Shown in pieces: positions 26,915 to 37,827 of a stretch of DNA of 64,000 nt; the stretch's first letter is position 1, and each line of letters opens with the position of its first letter. Location of the stretch: contig JAPPGB010000047.1 of assembly GCA_028821475.1 (NCBI GenBank), forward strand, positions 1,136-65,135. Direction: 5' to 3'. The stretch comes from Spirochaetaceae bacterium (lineage in GTDB: Bacteria; Spirochaetota; Spirochaetia; SZUA-6; Bin103). The notes under the pieces are model-generated. The model was not told where the DNA came from and made no database searches. It saw only the letters and a program-made list of their open reading frames with translations. Made by a program: the position numbers and the translations under genes.

Positions 26915-27149
26915 GAAGGGCGTCGAGCTTGGCGTCGGTCAGGCCCTTTGCGGTTGCCTCCGCTCCCATCGTGTCCATGGTCGCGGTGAGCCGTTCCCAC
27001 GCCGCGCCGCGGAGCTGGTCATAGAGCTCGGTCGACAGCATCACCGTGACGGCGCGGCCGTTCTTGGTCACGCTGACCGGACTCCGCTGCGCGGCATCGA
27101 GCAACTGGCCGAAGCGGTTCTTGGCCTCTCGCGCGGCTATTGCCTTCAT
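26898..27149 (-). CDS. Phd/YefM-family antitoxin
   Basis: 83 aa, MKAIAAREAKNRFGQLLDAAQRSPVSVTKNGRAVTVMLS. Confidence 0.75.
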   Translation of the reverse strand: MKAIAAREAKNRFGQLLDAAQRSPVSVTKNGRAVTVMLSTELYDQLRGAAWERLTATMDTMGAEATAKGLTDAKLDALLADDS

Positions 27150-27215
27150 AAGAGCTATAGTAGCTACTTCAGCTTGTTTGAGTCAATGGACTTTCAACTG
27201 CGTGCCCGGCGTGGC

Positions 27216-28871
27216 CTACTGTGAGGCGTGGCGCCAGGCGGCGGATTCCACCGTTTCGGCGAGCGCTCGGTAGCGCTGGTAGCCTTCGGTGTACTGCGCG
27301 GCACGCGCCGGGTCCGGTTCGTAAGTGGTCTTGAAGCCGGGCGCCATGGCGGCCTGCGCCTCCTGCACGGTGGCGTAGTGGCCGGCGGCGGTGGCGGCGC
27401 ACATCGTGGCGCCGAGAGCGGGGCCCTCCTCGGTGGCCGACACCTTGATCGGCATGCCGAGCACGTCGGCGGCCACCTGTACGGCGAAGTCGGAGCGCTG
27501 CGAGATGCCGCCGAGGGCGATGATCTCGTCTACCGGGATGCCGGCGGCGGCCAGGTGCTCGTTGATGGCGCGGCTGCCGTAGGCGGTGGCTTCGACCAGG
27601 GAGCGGTACACCGCCGGGGCGTCGGCGCCGAGGGTGAGGCCGGTGATCGCCGCCTTCAGGCCGGCGTCGGCGTTCGGGGTGCGCCGGCCGTTGAACCAGT
27701 CCAGGCTCAGGATGCCGGCCGGGTCGGGCGGCAACGCGGCGGCGGCGTCGGCGAGGTCGTCGAGCAGGCGGTCGGCGATTCCCGCGCGCTGCCCGGCGGC
27801 CAGTGAGCGCAGCGGCCAGCACAACAGGTCGCGGAACCAGGCGTACACGTCGCCGTAGGCCGACTGGCCCGCCTCCAGGCCGGTCAGGCCGGGCACGATG
27901 GAGCCGTCCACCTGGCCGCAGATGCCGGCGATGGTGCGGTCGCCGATGGCGCCGGGGTCGGCGACGATCATGTCGCAGGTGGAGGTGCCCAGGATCTTGG
28001 CCACGGTGCCGGGGCGCACGCCGCCGCCCACGGCTCCGAAGTGCGCGTCGCAGCCGCCGACCGCGACCGTGATGCCGGCCGGCAGCGCGAGCCGCCGCGC
28101 CCACTCGCCGGACAGCGTGCCGGCGCTCTGGTCGGAGGTGGACGAGTCGTCGTACAGCCGCTCGCGCAGGGTGGCCAGCCGTGGATCGAGGCGGCCCAGG
28201 AAGTCGGCGCCCGGCAGGCCGCCCCAGGACGCGTGCCACATCGCCTTGTGGCCGGCGGCGGCGCGCCCGCGGCGCAGCTCGCCGGGCGCGGTGGTGCCGG
28301 TCAGCAGGCCGGGGATCCAGTCGCAGTGCTCGGTCCACGACCAGGCCGCCGCCGCCACCTCGGCGTCGGCGCGCAGCACGTGCAGCGCCTTGGCCCAGAA
28401 CCATTCCGAGGAATAGACGCCGCCCGAGTAGCAGGTGTAGTCGATGCCGCCCCAGGTGTGGGCCAGGGTGTTGATCTCGTCCGCCTCGCGCACCGCGGTG
28501 TGATCCTTCCACAGCACGAACATGGCGTTGGGGTTGTCGGCGAACCGCTCGCCGAGCGCCAGCGGGGTGCCCGCCTCGTCCACGGCGGCCAGCGTGGAGG
28601 CGGTGGTATCGATGCCGATGCAGATGATGCTGTCCCGCTGCGCCCCGTTCAGTTGGGCGGAAGCCGCCCGGCAGGCGCGTTCCAGGCTCTCGATGTAGTC
28701 GAGCGGATGCTGGCGGAACCGGTTGGCCGCGGCGTCGCAGTAGCGGCCTTCGCTCCAGCGCGGGTAGGCCTCCACGACGCGCGTTTCCTGCGCCCCGGTG
28801 TCGGCGCGGATCACCACCACGCGCACCGAGTCGGTGCCGAAGTCAATGCCAATACAACGCGGTTCGCTCAT
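27216..28871 (-). CDS. araB: L-ribulokinase (FGGY family)
   Basis: The product is collinear with E. coli AraB along its full length (CIGIDFGTDSVR...YPRW..G.YCDA..N.FRQHP.DYIES...NPNAMFVLWKDHTAV...). Start at the ATG at 28871. Confidence 0.85.
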   Translation of the reverse strand: MSEPRCIGIDFGTDSVRVVVIRADTGAQETRVVEAYPRWSEGRYCDAAANRFRQHPLDYIESLERACRAASAQLNGAQRDSIICIGIDTTASTLAAVDEAGTPLALGERFADNPNAMFVLWKDHTAVREADEINTLAHTWGGIDYTCYSGGVYSSEWFWAKALHVLRADAEVAAAAWSWTEHCDWIPGLLTGTTAPGELRRGRAAAGHKAMWHASWGGLPGADFLGRLDPRLATLRERLYDDSSTSDQSAGTLSGEWARRLALPAGITVAVGGCDAHFGAVGGGVRPGTVAKILGTSTCDMIVADPGAIGDRTIAGICGQVDGSIVPGLTGLEAGQSAYGDVYAWFRDLLCWPLRSLAAGQRAGIADRLLDDLADAAAALPPDPAGILSLDWFNGRRTPNADAGLKAAITGLTLGADAPAVYRSLVEATAYGSRAINEHLAAAGIPVDEIIALGGISQRSDFAVQVAADVLGMPIKVSATEEGPALGATMCAATAAGHYATVQEAQAAMAPGFKTTYEPDPARAAQYTEGYQRYRALAETVESAAWRHASQ

Positions 28872-29136
28872 CTGCCTCCGTTCCCCGCCGCCAGTGTAGG
28901 CGCCCGCACGCGCTGACGTCCACCATGGCAGGCCCGCACCCCGCCCGTGCCCATGCCGGTGCAAGCGCGGCACGCGCGTGCGGGGAGCCGCCCGGAGTTG
29001 ACCGATGCCGACCGAAAAGGAGACTGCCGGCGCCGCGTGCGAAGCCAGAGAAATACGTCAATGGTCGCTTCTCCGGTGAAGGGGGCATGCTCGTGGACGA
29101 GGCGACATTCCTGGCCCCGGGTTCGGAGATCACCGG

Positions 29137-29637
29137 TTAGACGGTGCGGGCTTCGAGCCAGTCGAGGGTGGCTTCGATGCCGAAGCCGGGGGCGTCGCTG
29201 GGGACCAGGTAGCCGTCGCGGATTGCCGGCGAGCCGGGCACGTAGACCATCTCCTGCAGCGGCACGCCGGGCGGCGACACGCCCTCGGAGCGCTCGCCCC
29301 ACTGCACCGCGGGCATGGCGAAGGAAAGGTGCTGGCCGAACGGGGTGTTCATGCCGCCGTGGGCGATCACGGTAAGGCCGGCGGCGTCGGCCAGGTGGCA
29401 GATGCGCACCGCGTTGCTGAGGCCGCCGCACCACTGCAGGTCGGGTTGCAGGATGTCGACCAGCCGGCGCTGCACGGCGCTCGCGAAACTGCCGATGCCG
29501 TACCAGTGCTCGCCGGAGGCCAGCGTGATGCCCGGCAAGCCGTTGACTATCCACACGAACAACACGGTACCGAGAACGGCTATTCCTCCGGCGGTCCGGC
29601 GGTAGTAAATGCTTCCAGAAAACCATTTACCATCCAC
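29137..29637 (-). pseudogene. C-terminal fragment of an enolase-superfamily (MR/MLE) enzyme gene
   Basis: Only the distal barrel is present (PGITLASGEHWYG...VDILQPDLQWCGGL...). The first codons (LLFVWIVNG) duplicate the DUF4340 C-terminus (LLFVWMVNG), flanked by the 17-bp direct repeat ATCCACACGAACAACA (29551 and 29630). Confidence 0.6.
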
Positions 29638-30506
29638 ACGAACAACAGGAAGGGGTAGTCGGAGCCCGTCGAGGTGGCCGGGTAGCTGTTGCCGGAACGG
29701 GCGTACACGGTCAGCGTGTGGGTGGCGCCCACCTCGGTCCTGAGGGTGACCTCAAGCACCTCGCCGCCGGGCTCCGGCGGCCCCTCGGCGAACCGGAACG
29801 TGCTCAGGTTGGCGAGCCGCTGCAGCGACTCGGCCACCTTCGCGGAGTTCCACTCGCCGCCGCCGGCGGTGACCCACTCCGGGGCGCCGCCCTCCTCCAG
29901 CGGCGGGCGCTTGCGCAGCACCAACTCCTCACCCGGGCTGCGGGCGACGATCTCGCCCACGGTTTCGATGTCCACCTGCAGCACCAGCTTGTCGCGCAGC
30001 ACGTCGCCGACCACCGGGAAGTAGTTGCCCAGGTCGCCCTCCGCCTGGTAGACGCGCCGGTCGCCCTCCACCTTGACGTAGGTGTGCTGGTAGGTGCGCG
30101 CCTCCTTGCCGAGTTCGACGGTGCGCAGCACGGTGTCGCCCCGGAACGCGGTGACCCGCATTGCGGACTCGGGGTCGAGCTCGAAGCGGCTGTAGGCGGC
30201 GTGCTCCGACACCAGGTCGGTGATCTGCAGGGTGGCCAGCGCGCGTACCATGGTGTCCACCTGGGCGGTGGCGGCCGGAAAGTCCCCCGGCTCCAGCAGC
30301 CAGCCGTCGCCCTGCTTGCGTACCGCAACGCGCTTGTCGCCCTTGGCGATCTCGAACCGGTCCACGTCCGCCACTGCCATCTCGGGTAACTGCGGCAGGT
30401 CGTATAACAGGCGGTCGCGGTTGCGCAGCCCCAGGTAGAGCGCCAGCGACACGATGATCAGCGCCGGCAGCGCGTACCGGAGCAGTACTCGGTCCAAGCT
30501 CATCAC
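29580..30506 (-). CDS. DUF4340 domain protein (GldG-associated)
   Basis: N-terminal TM helix then a periplasmic domain. Last gene of a four-gene ABC-2 operon with 4-nt overlaps. Confidence 0.65.
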   Translation of the reverse strand: MMSLDRVLLRYALPALIIVSLALYLGLRNRDRLLYDLPQLPEMAVADVDRFEIAKGDKRVAVRKQGDGWLLEPGDFPAATAQVDTMVRALATLQITDLVSEHAAYSRFELDPESAMRVTAFRGDTVLRTVELGKEARTYQHTYVKVEGDRRVYQAEGDLGNYFPVVGDVLRDKLVLQVDIETVGEIVARSPGEELVLRKRPPLEEGGAPEWVTAGGGEWNSAKVAESLQRLANLSTFRFAEGPPEPGGEVLEVTLRTEVGATHTLTVYARSGNSYPATSTGSDYPFLLFVWMVNGFLEAFTTAGPPEE

Positions 30507-32863
30507 GACGCACCCCCCGATGGGCGCTTCGACTTCGCCGCCCCGGCCTCGCCGGTACCGGCGCCATCACGTGCACCGCGGCCTCGTGTGGCGCGCCTCG
30601 CGGATGCCTGCGGTTCCGCGCCGGCACCGCTGCCACCTCCGCCTCTGCCACCGGCTCGGCCGCCGCCGGTACTTGGCGTACCGCTCGTGGAACCGCCTCC
30701 GGAGGCGGGATTGCCGTATTCCGCGCGGATGCGGTTGCGATGCAGGCCGCCGAGGATCCACACCAGGATGCCCACCACGATCACCAGCGCCGGCAGGCCG
30801 GCCACCGCGAACGTCTTGATGGCGGTGCGCGCCGGCGGCTCGATCTCGCGCAGCGGCCGCACCCGGCGCCCCTTGCTGCGCATCTCGGCGCGTTCGTCGC
30901 GCCCGTTCATGGCGTCGATCAGGTTGAGCAGGAACAGCGAGTTGGGGTTGCGGCCCTGCACGTCGATGAAGCCGCTGCCCAGGATGGCCGAGGTGCCGAC
31001 CACGAACAGCCTGCCCTCGCCCTCGGCCGTGAAGCTTGCCTCGGCTTGCAGTTCCTCGGCGGAGATCAGCGGCGCCGCCTCCTCCTCGTCGTCGTCCTGC
31101 GAGCCCGGCTCGTCGCGCGGGCGCTCGGGAATCTCGCGATCGGCGAAGTAGCTGGTGAAGGTGCCCTCGGCCAGGACCGCGAGCGGGAACGACGTGCGTA
31201 CGTCCTCGCCCGGCGGCTCGGCGCCCATCAGGTCGATCTGCCCGGCCATCTCCCAGGCGGTCGGCGAGGTGCGCAGCGCCACGGTGTAGTCCACGCCCGG
31301 CTGGCCGGCGCCGACCACCGTCAGCGGCGACACGTTGAGCATCACCAGCTCCTCCAGGCCGGACAGGAACGGCACCGAACGGTCGATCTCGTCCTCCTTC
31401 AGCAGCGGCGCGAAGTAGATCTCGCTCTCCACGTAGCCGCCGCGCTGCGACGCCTGGCGCTGCACGAACGACTGCTCGTCCAGGACGTAGGACTGCTCCA
31501 GGCGGACACCGTAGTGCTCCAGCATCGCCTCCAGGCCGGTCTCGCGCGGCAGGTGGAAGGCGCCGCCGCCCCCGAAGCCGCTGCCCTGGCTGATCCAGAT
31601 GTGGTGCGAGTCCAGGAACAGCATCAGCGAGCCGCCGCGCAGCAGGAACTGGTCGATCTGGAACAGCGCCCACTCGTTGAGCGGCTCCTGCGGCCCCACC
31701 ACCAGCATGCTGCGCACCCCCTCCGGTACGAAGCGGTCCTCCAGCAGCAGGCCGCGGAAGGTGTACTCCTGCGACACCAGTTGGAACAGGTTGGACAGCT
31801 CCGCCTCCACCACGTCGGTGGGGGTGGTGGCATTGGCGCGCCCGCGGTAGGGCGGCGTCTCGAAGTCGGCCAGGTAGCCCATCTCCTCCTGGGTGCCGAG
31901 GATGTTCTTGAGGGTGTCGTCCAGGGAGCGGCGGATCGTATCCAGGTCGGCGAGCTGGTAGCCCATGACGCTGCTCTGCAGCAGGTTCATGGTGATGGTG
32001 GTGCCCTCCGAGGTCACCGACAGGCCCGCGTACGCCAACTCGGCGCTGCCGTCCGGCGCCTGCAACTGCAGCGGCGCCAGCCGCAGCCGGCGGCCCTCGT
32101 CGATCGGCACGGTGTCCTCGTTGGCGTCGACAAGCTCGAACTGCAGGCGGTCGAAGTAGCTGGCGTTGAGCTCCTTGACCAGCGCCTCGACCTCGCCGGG
32201 CACCTGGTCCACGCCCGGCGCCAGCGCCGCCAGCGGCGACGAGAAGTAGAGCGTGACCTGGATGTCCTCTTCCAGGGCGATCAGCCGGCTGACCCGCTCG
32301 GTGAGCTTGCTGATCGCCTCCGTGATGGTCAGCTCCAACTGGCTGGTGTCGGTGATCGACGAGATGGTCTCGATCAGATCGCCGTGGATCAGCGCCATGC
32401 CGAGGTAGGCGGTACTCAGGGTCACCTCGTCGCGGTCGAGCTGCTCGATCTGGATCGGGTAAATCAGGTACTGGCGCGCCAGCTCCTCGTTGGCGATCGC
32501 CTCCTCCTGGCCCACCTCCTCTGCGCCCATGGAGACGAACTGGAAGTTGAACAGGTCGCCGCCGTGCACGGCGTACTCGTCGAGCAGGTCGCGCACCGCC
32601 TGCTCCACGGTGTTGTAGGGGGCGGGCAGGTTGGGCGTGAAGAAGGCGCGGATGGTGAGCGGCTCACGCAGCGCGCTGACCGCATCGATGCTCGGCGGGG
32701 ACAGTTTGTACAACCCCGACTCGGTGACGTCGAAGCGCTCGAACAGCCCCGACGCCGACGACACGTTGATCATCACCAGGGCGCCCGCGAACAGCACGAT
32801 CTCGACCACGCGCAGGCCGGTGCGCAGCGGTTTGCGCCCGGTCATCCCGGTCGTCCCGGTCAT
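30503..32863 (-). CDS. GldG-like ABC-type transport system accessory protein
   Basis: About 786 aa from MTGTTGMTGRKP..., with TM helices at both ends and a large periplasmic domain. It overlaps the permease stop (ATGA). The ORF-track extension to 33541 is an out-of-frame read-through of the permease. Coordinates near 32860 may be off by 1 nt relative to the ORF track. Confidence 0.7.
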   Translation of the reverse strand: MTGTTGMTGRKPLRTGLRVVEIVLFAGALVMINVSSASGLFERFDVTESGLYKLSPPSIDAVSALREPLTIRAFFTPNLPAPYNTVEQAVRDLLDEYAVHGGDLFNFQFVSMGAEEVGQEEAIANEELARQYLIYPIQIEQLDRDEVTLSTAYLGMALIHGDLIETISSITDTSQLELTITEAISKLTERVSRLIALEEDIQVTLYFSSPLAALAPGVDQVPGEVEALVKELNASYFDRLQFELVDANEDTVPIDEGRRLRLAPLQLQAPDGSAELAYAGLSVTSEGTTITMNLLQSSVMGYQLADLDTIRRSLDDTLKNILGTQEEMGYLADFETPPYRGRANATTPTDVVEAELSNLFQLVSQEYTFRGLLLEDRFVPEGVRSMLVVGPQEPLNEWALFQIDQFLLRGGSLMLFLDSHHIWISQGSGFGGGGAFHLPRETGLEAMLEHYGVRLEQSYVLDEQSFVQRQASQRGGYVESEIYFAPLLKEDEIDRSVPFLSGLEELVMLNVSPLTVVGAGQPGVDYTVALRTSPTAWEMAGQIDLMGAEPPGEDVRTSFPLAVLAEGTFTSYFADREIPERPRDEPGSQDDDEEEAAPLISAEELQAEASFTAEGEGRLFVVGTSAILGSGFIDVQGRNPNSLFLLNLIDAMNGRDERAEMRSKGRRVRPLREIEPPARTAIKTFAVAGLPALVIVVGILVWILGGLHRNRIRAEYGNPASGGGSTSGTPSTGGGRAGGRGGGGSGAGAEPQASARRATRGRGARDGAGTGEAGAAKSKRPSGGAS

Positions 32864-33563
32864 ATGCGCCGCTCCACCACCAGGTTGGTGGCGTACAGCC
32901 CGACGAAGGTGGCGCTCAGGAAGTACACCACGTCGCGCGAGTCGATCACGCCCTTGGCCACGTTGCCGAAGTGGTAGTCGGCGCCCAGGTACTGCAGCAC
33001 GCCGGTGAGGCCGGCCGGGATGAAGAACAGCACCTTGTCGATCAGCACCAGGAAGGCGCACAGCGTCAGGCCGATGATGAACGCCACGATCTGGTTCTTG
33101 GTCAGCGCCGAGGCGAACAGCCCCACCGAGCAGTACAGCGCCGCCAGCAGGACGGTGCCCAGGTAGCCGCCCGCCACCGGTCCCGGATCCAGGTCGCCGA
33201 GCGTGGCCACGATGATCGGGTAGGCCAGCGTCGGCACCAGCATCAGGAGGATGAACAGCAGGCTGCCGGTGAACTTGCCGAGCAGCACGTCGAAGCGGGT
33301 CATCGGCAGCGTGCTGAGCACCTCGTAGGAGCCGGTGCTGAACTCCTCGGCGAACACGCGCATGGTCACCGCCGGCACCACCAGCCCCAGGGTCATCGGC
33401 AGCAGGCGGAAGAACTCGCGCAGGTCGGCGCGCCCATTGAGGAAGAACGGGGTGAAGAAGAACCAGCCGGTCACGGTGAGGAAGATCACCGTGACGATGT
33501 AGGCCACCGGCGAGCCGAACGCCGCCCGCAGCTCGCGCCACACCACGCGGAAGAAGGCGCCGC

Positions 33564-33567
<4 letters not shown>
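32860..33567 (-). CDS. ABC-2 family permease (GldF-like)
   Basis: 235 aa with six TM segments. GTG start overlaps the ATPase stop. Confidence 0.75.
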
Positions 33568-34562
<995 letters not shown>

Positions 34563-34736
34563 GGGAGTCGCGGGCTGCCGCGGCGGCGGCCGCCGTCTCC
34601 CCATAGATGTACTACAAATCCTCCGCCAAAGTGAAGATCCGTCAGCGGGCCACGGCAGCCACCGGGCCGCGGGTGCACCGGCGGAGTTGTGGGAGATGCC
34701 GGCGGCGGCGAGGCGAGGGGACCGGTGCGTCAGCGG

Positions 34737-34838
34737 ATCCAATCCTCCACGTCGAGCCCGCCGATGTTCGCGAAGTGCTCCCGGTTGCCGGTTACCAGGA
34801 TGCAGCCGCTGGCCACGGCGATCGCCGAGATCTACAGC
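34737..34838 (-). pseudogene. VapC/PIN toxin C-terminal remnant preceded by in-frame TAG
   Basis: ISAIAVASGCILVTGNREHFANIGGLDVEDWIR* matches the VapC C-terminal consensus (IAAtA...LvTrN..dF). An amber lies immediately upstream and there is no intact N-terminus. Confidence 0.4.
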
Positions 34839-35096
34839 AGCGGTCGGCCCGGCGGTTCAGATAGGCCTGCTCGATGCCCTCCTGGATCTCGTGAAAGTCC
34901 GGCCAGGCCCCGCCAGCGCCGCCAGACCGGACGGTGAATCCACGGTTCCCACCTCGCCCATCACGGGAGTGATCACCGCTATCGGTCCCGCGCTGCAGGA
35001 CGTCACCGGCAGTGTCATCCTGTTGTCCGACAGGCTACTCCGGCTGGATCGTGGTATTCAGACCGGCTCTCGATCCCTGGGGTTGAAGTGACCATG

Positions 35097-35113
35097 TGAT
35101 GTCCATATGATAG
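35097..35113. promoter_or_regulatory. Perfect inverted repeat CATATGA-N3-TCATATG overlapping the phd start codon (candidate TA autoregulatory operator)
   Basis: Read directly. The ATG of the Phd gene (35118) lies just 3' of the right half-site. Confidence 0.35.
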
Positions 35114-35117
35114 TCAT

Positions 35118-35360
35118 ATGCGTTCGATCACCATTGCCAAGCTGAAGGCGACACTGAGTGCCGAGTTGCGGCGAGTCCGCGCGGGGGAGCGGGTCACGGT
35201 CCTCGATCGCACCACTCCGGTGGCGCTCCTCGCGCCGGTTCCGGCGGCGATCCGCGTGGTGCGGGCAGCGAAGGCGCCCTACGCCCACCGGACGCTGACG
35301 CCTCTGATGGCGCGCGATCCGTTGCCCTATCTGGACGAGGAGCGCGGCGAAGCTTGGTAG
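35118..35360 (+). CDS. Phd/prevent-host-death family antitoxin
   Basis: MRSITIAKLKATLSAELRRVRAGERVTVLDRTTPVALLAP. It overlaps the vapC start by 7 nt. Confidence 0.75.
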   Translation: MRSITIAKLKATLSAELRRVRAGERVTVLDRTTPVALLAPVPAAIRVVRAAKAPYAHRTLTPLMARDPLPYLDEERGEAW

Positions 35361-35782
35361 CCTATCTGGACTCCTCGGTTGTGCTGCGTCACATCCTGCT
35401 GGGCGAGGCATCCATCAGGCATGCGCTGGCGTTCCCACGCGTGGTGTCGAGTGAGCTGATCGAGATCGAGTGCCGAAGGGTACTGCATCGCTGCCGCCTC
35501 GCCGGCGAACTCGACGACGAGACCCTGGCGGCGGCGCACCAACGTCTGGATGCCGTGCTGGCCGGAATCGACCTCCTGGAGATGTCGACGCAGATCAAAC
35601 GGCGAGCAGCGGAACCGTTCCCGGTGCACGTGCGCACCCTCGACGCGCTGCATGTCGCGACCGCGCTCGCGGTCGGCGAGGATGTCGGTGGGCAGGATGT
35701 CGGTGGGACTGTACTGTTCTCGCACGACAAGGGCATGAACCTCTGCGCCGGATGCCTCGGGCTCACGGCAGCCTTGGTATAG
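35354..35782 (+). CDS. vapC: VapC family PIN-domain toxin
   Basis: MVAYLDSSVVLRHILLGE...DALHVATAL. Confidence 0.8.
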   Translation: MVAYLDSSVVLRHILLGEASIRHALAFPRVVSSELIEIECRRVLHRCRLAGELDDETLAAAHQRLDAVLAGIDLLEMSTQIKRRAAEPFPVHVRTLDALHVATALAVGEDVGGQDVGGTVLFSHDKGMNLCAGCLGLTAALV

Positions 35783-35920
35783 GCCCGGCCGCGACACGAT
35801 CCATGCGTACCCTCGCCAGGAACCGATGCAGTTCGTTGGACTCGGCGGGGTCGAGCGGGCGCGCCAACACCTCGTCTCGAACTTGCTGCGGCACGACGAC
35901 ATCGCCTCCCAGGACGCGGT
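35764..35920 (-). pseudogene. Internal fragment of a DUF3368 PIN-domain gene (paralog of 50259-50750)
   Basis: Encodes RVLGGDVVVPQQVRDEVLARPLDPAESNELHRFLARVRMDRV, about 80% identical to residues 25-66 of the intact copy. It lacks both ends and abuts the dppC 3' end at the junction ...caggacgcggt|cagacgctgccgc. Confidence 0.5.
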
Positions 35921-36792
35921 CAGACGCTGCCGCGCAGGCGGGGGTCGAGCAGGTCGCGCAGCGCGTCGCCGAACATGTTCAGACTGAACACGGTGATCGT
36001 CAGGCAAAGTCCCGGCCAGGCGGCCAGCCACGGCGCCCGCTCCATGTACTCACGTCCTTCCCGGCTGAGCAAGCCTCCCCAGCTCGGAACGGTGGGCGGC
36101 AGTCCAAACCCGAGGAAGCTCAGAGACGCCTCGGATATCATCACCCCGCCGATATTGATGCTGAACACGATGATTGCGACAGGCATGATATTGGGCAGGA
36201 CATGGCGCACGAACGCTCGCCACTTCGAGGCGCCAAGCGCCTCCGCGGCCTGAAAATAGAGATTCTCCTTGATGCCGACGACCGCGCCTCGCACCACCCG
36301 CGAGCCGCCGATGCCGCCGGCTATGCCCAGGACGACTATTATCTGCGTTACGCCGCGCCCGACCAGCGACATTATCGTCAACAGGATCAACAATCCCGGG
36401 AACGCCATCCAGGCATCGACGAATCTCTGCACGGCCAGGTCGAACTTGCCGCCGAGGAATCCGGACGTGCCCCCGATCAGGAGCGCCACCACGACATTGA
36501 TACTGGTGGCCGCCAGACCGACCGCTATCGACAGCCGGGCTCCGTAGATGACCCGGCTCAACAAGTCGCGCCCCAACTGGTCGGTGCCCAGCGGATGCCG
36601 GGCCGATGAGCCCTGCAGTCTGTCCCTGAGGTGCACTTCAAGGAAGCCGTAAGGGGCCAGAACATCGGCGAATACAGCCACGAGAATCAATAGCAATACG
36701 ACAATACCGCAACCGACACCGAGTGGCTGTTCCCTGACCATCCTGGCAACGAAATCAGCCAGCGCGGTACGCCTCCTGGTCGCTTCACGCAT
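35920..36792 (-). CDS. ABC transporter permease (DppC/OppC-like)
   Basis: Binding-protein-dependent permease fold with the EAAxxxGA region and the C-terminal MFGDALRDLLDPRLRGSV. Start overlaps the dppB stop (ATGCGTGA). Confidence 0.85.
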   Translation of the reverse strand: MREATRRRTALADFVARMVREQPLGVGCGIVVLLLILVAVFADVLAPYGFLEVHLRDRLQGSSARHPLGTDQLGRDLLSRVIYGARLSIAVGLAATSINVVVALLIGGTSGFLGGKFDLAVQRFVDAWMAFPGLLILLTIMSLVGRGVTQIIVVLGIAGGIGGSRVVRGAVVGIKENLYFQAAEALGASKWRAFVRHVLPNIMPVAIIVFSINIGGVMISEASLSFLGFGLPPTVPSWGGLLSREGREYMERAPWLAAWPGLCLTITVFSLNMFGDALRDLLDPRLRGSV

Positions 36793-37744
36793 AGCGGACC
36801 CGGGGGTCGAAAAGAGGATAAACCAGGTCTATCATCAAATTGAAGCACACCACCGCGGTTGCGAAAAACAGGTTCACCCCGGAGACCACCGGGTAGTCTC
36901 TTTCTTCGAGCGCCAACACCATGAGGCGACCCAATCCGGGCAGGTTGAAGATGTTCTCCATGATAACGGAGCCACCAACCAGGATAGGCAACTGCAGGCC
37001 GATCAGGGTAACCACCGGGATCAGGGCGTTCTTGATTGCGTGTCTCATGATGACGAATCGCTCCTTGAGGCCCTTGGACCACGCCGTCCTGATATAGTCC
37101 TGCCTCAGCACCTCCAGCATCATGGTACGCGTCAGCCGCATGGTGCCGGCAGCAAGAGCCGTGCCCAGAATCAGGCTCGGAACGATGAACACCGCGAGAT
37201 TGCCCAGCGGGTCTTGGGTGAAAGAGACCAGCCGCATCGGCGGCGACCAGCCCCACCAGAGTGCCGGGTAAATAATCACCATCAGGGCCAGCCAGAAGTT
37301 GGGCGTTGCCAGGCCGATGACGGCGGCGGCGCGCCCCACGTAGTCGGCGGCCGAATTACGGCGCACCGCCGAGTAGATGCCGACCGGCACGGCGATCACC
37401 AACCCGATCAGGATTGCCAGAACACCCAGCTCGATGGTCACCGGAAGTCTAGCCGATATTCTCTGCTCTATCGAAACATCGGTTCCCCACAGTGAATTTC
37501 CAAGCGTGCCGCGCAACAGGATACCTCCGATCCAGCGTCCATACTGCACGTGGAACGGCACGTCCAATCCAAGCTGTTTCTCGAGAGCTTCACGATCCGG
37601 CACAAACCCCATCATTTCCAGTTGAACCGTCATTGCGTCTATTGCATCGCCGGGGATGAAGCGCACCGAGAGAAACGTCACGACGGTGACGATGAACAGG
37701 GTGGGAATCATCAGCAGGAGCCGGCGGATGATGTAGGCTCTCAT
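36785..37744 (-). CDS. ABC transporter permease (DppB/OppB-like)
   Basis: 319 aa. The N-terminal MRAYIIRRLLLMIPTLFIVTVVTF is typical of DppB. Confidence 0.85.
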   Translation of the reverse strand: MRAYIIRRLLLMIPTLFIVTVVTFLSVRFIPGDAIDAMTVQLEMMGFVPDREALEKQLGLDVPFHVQYGRWIGGILLRGTLGNSLWGTDVSIEQRISARLPVTIELGVLAILIGLVIAVPVGIYSAVRRNSAADYVGRAAAVIGLATPNFWLALMVIIYPALWWGWSPPMRLVSFTQDPLGNLAVFIVPSLILGTALAAGTMRLTRTMMLEVLRQDYIRTAWSKGLKERFVIMRHAIKNALIPVVTLIGLQLPILVGGSVIMENIFNLPGLGRLMVLALEERDYPVVSGVNLFFATAVVCFNLMIDLVYPLFDPRVRYA

Positions 37745-37827
37745 GTCACATCACGTCAGTTCCGACGGGTAGAGGAAAACCGGGGGGCCTGAGCCCCCCA
37801 GTCTCAGCGGGCACTAGTTTACCAGTA

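Noticed and set aside
27216-28973. ORF-track start at 28973 for the kinase (585 aa).
   Set aside because: Alignment to AraB begins at MSEPRCIGIDFG (28871). The upstream 34 codons lack an RBS and are Arg/Gly-rich.
30503-33541. 1012-aa ORF suggesting a much longer GldG protein.
   Set aside because: The first 226 codons are the permease gene read in another frame. GldG starts at MTGTTGM with an ATGA overlap.
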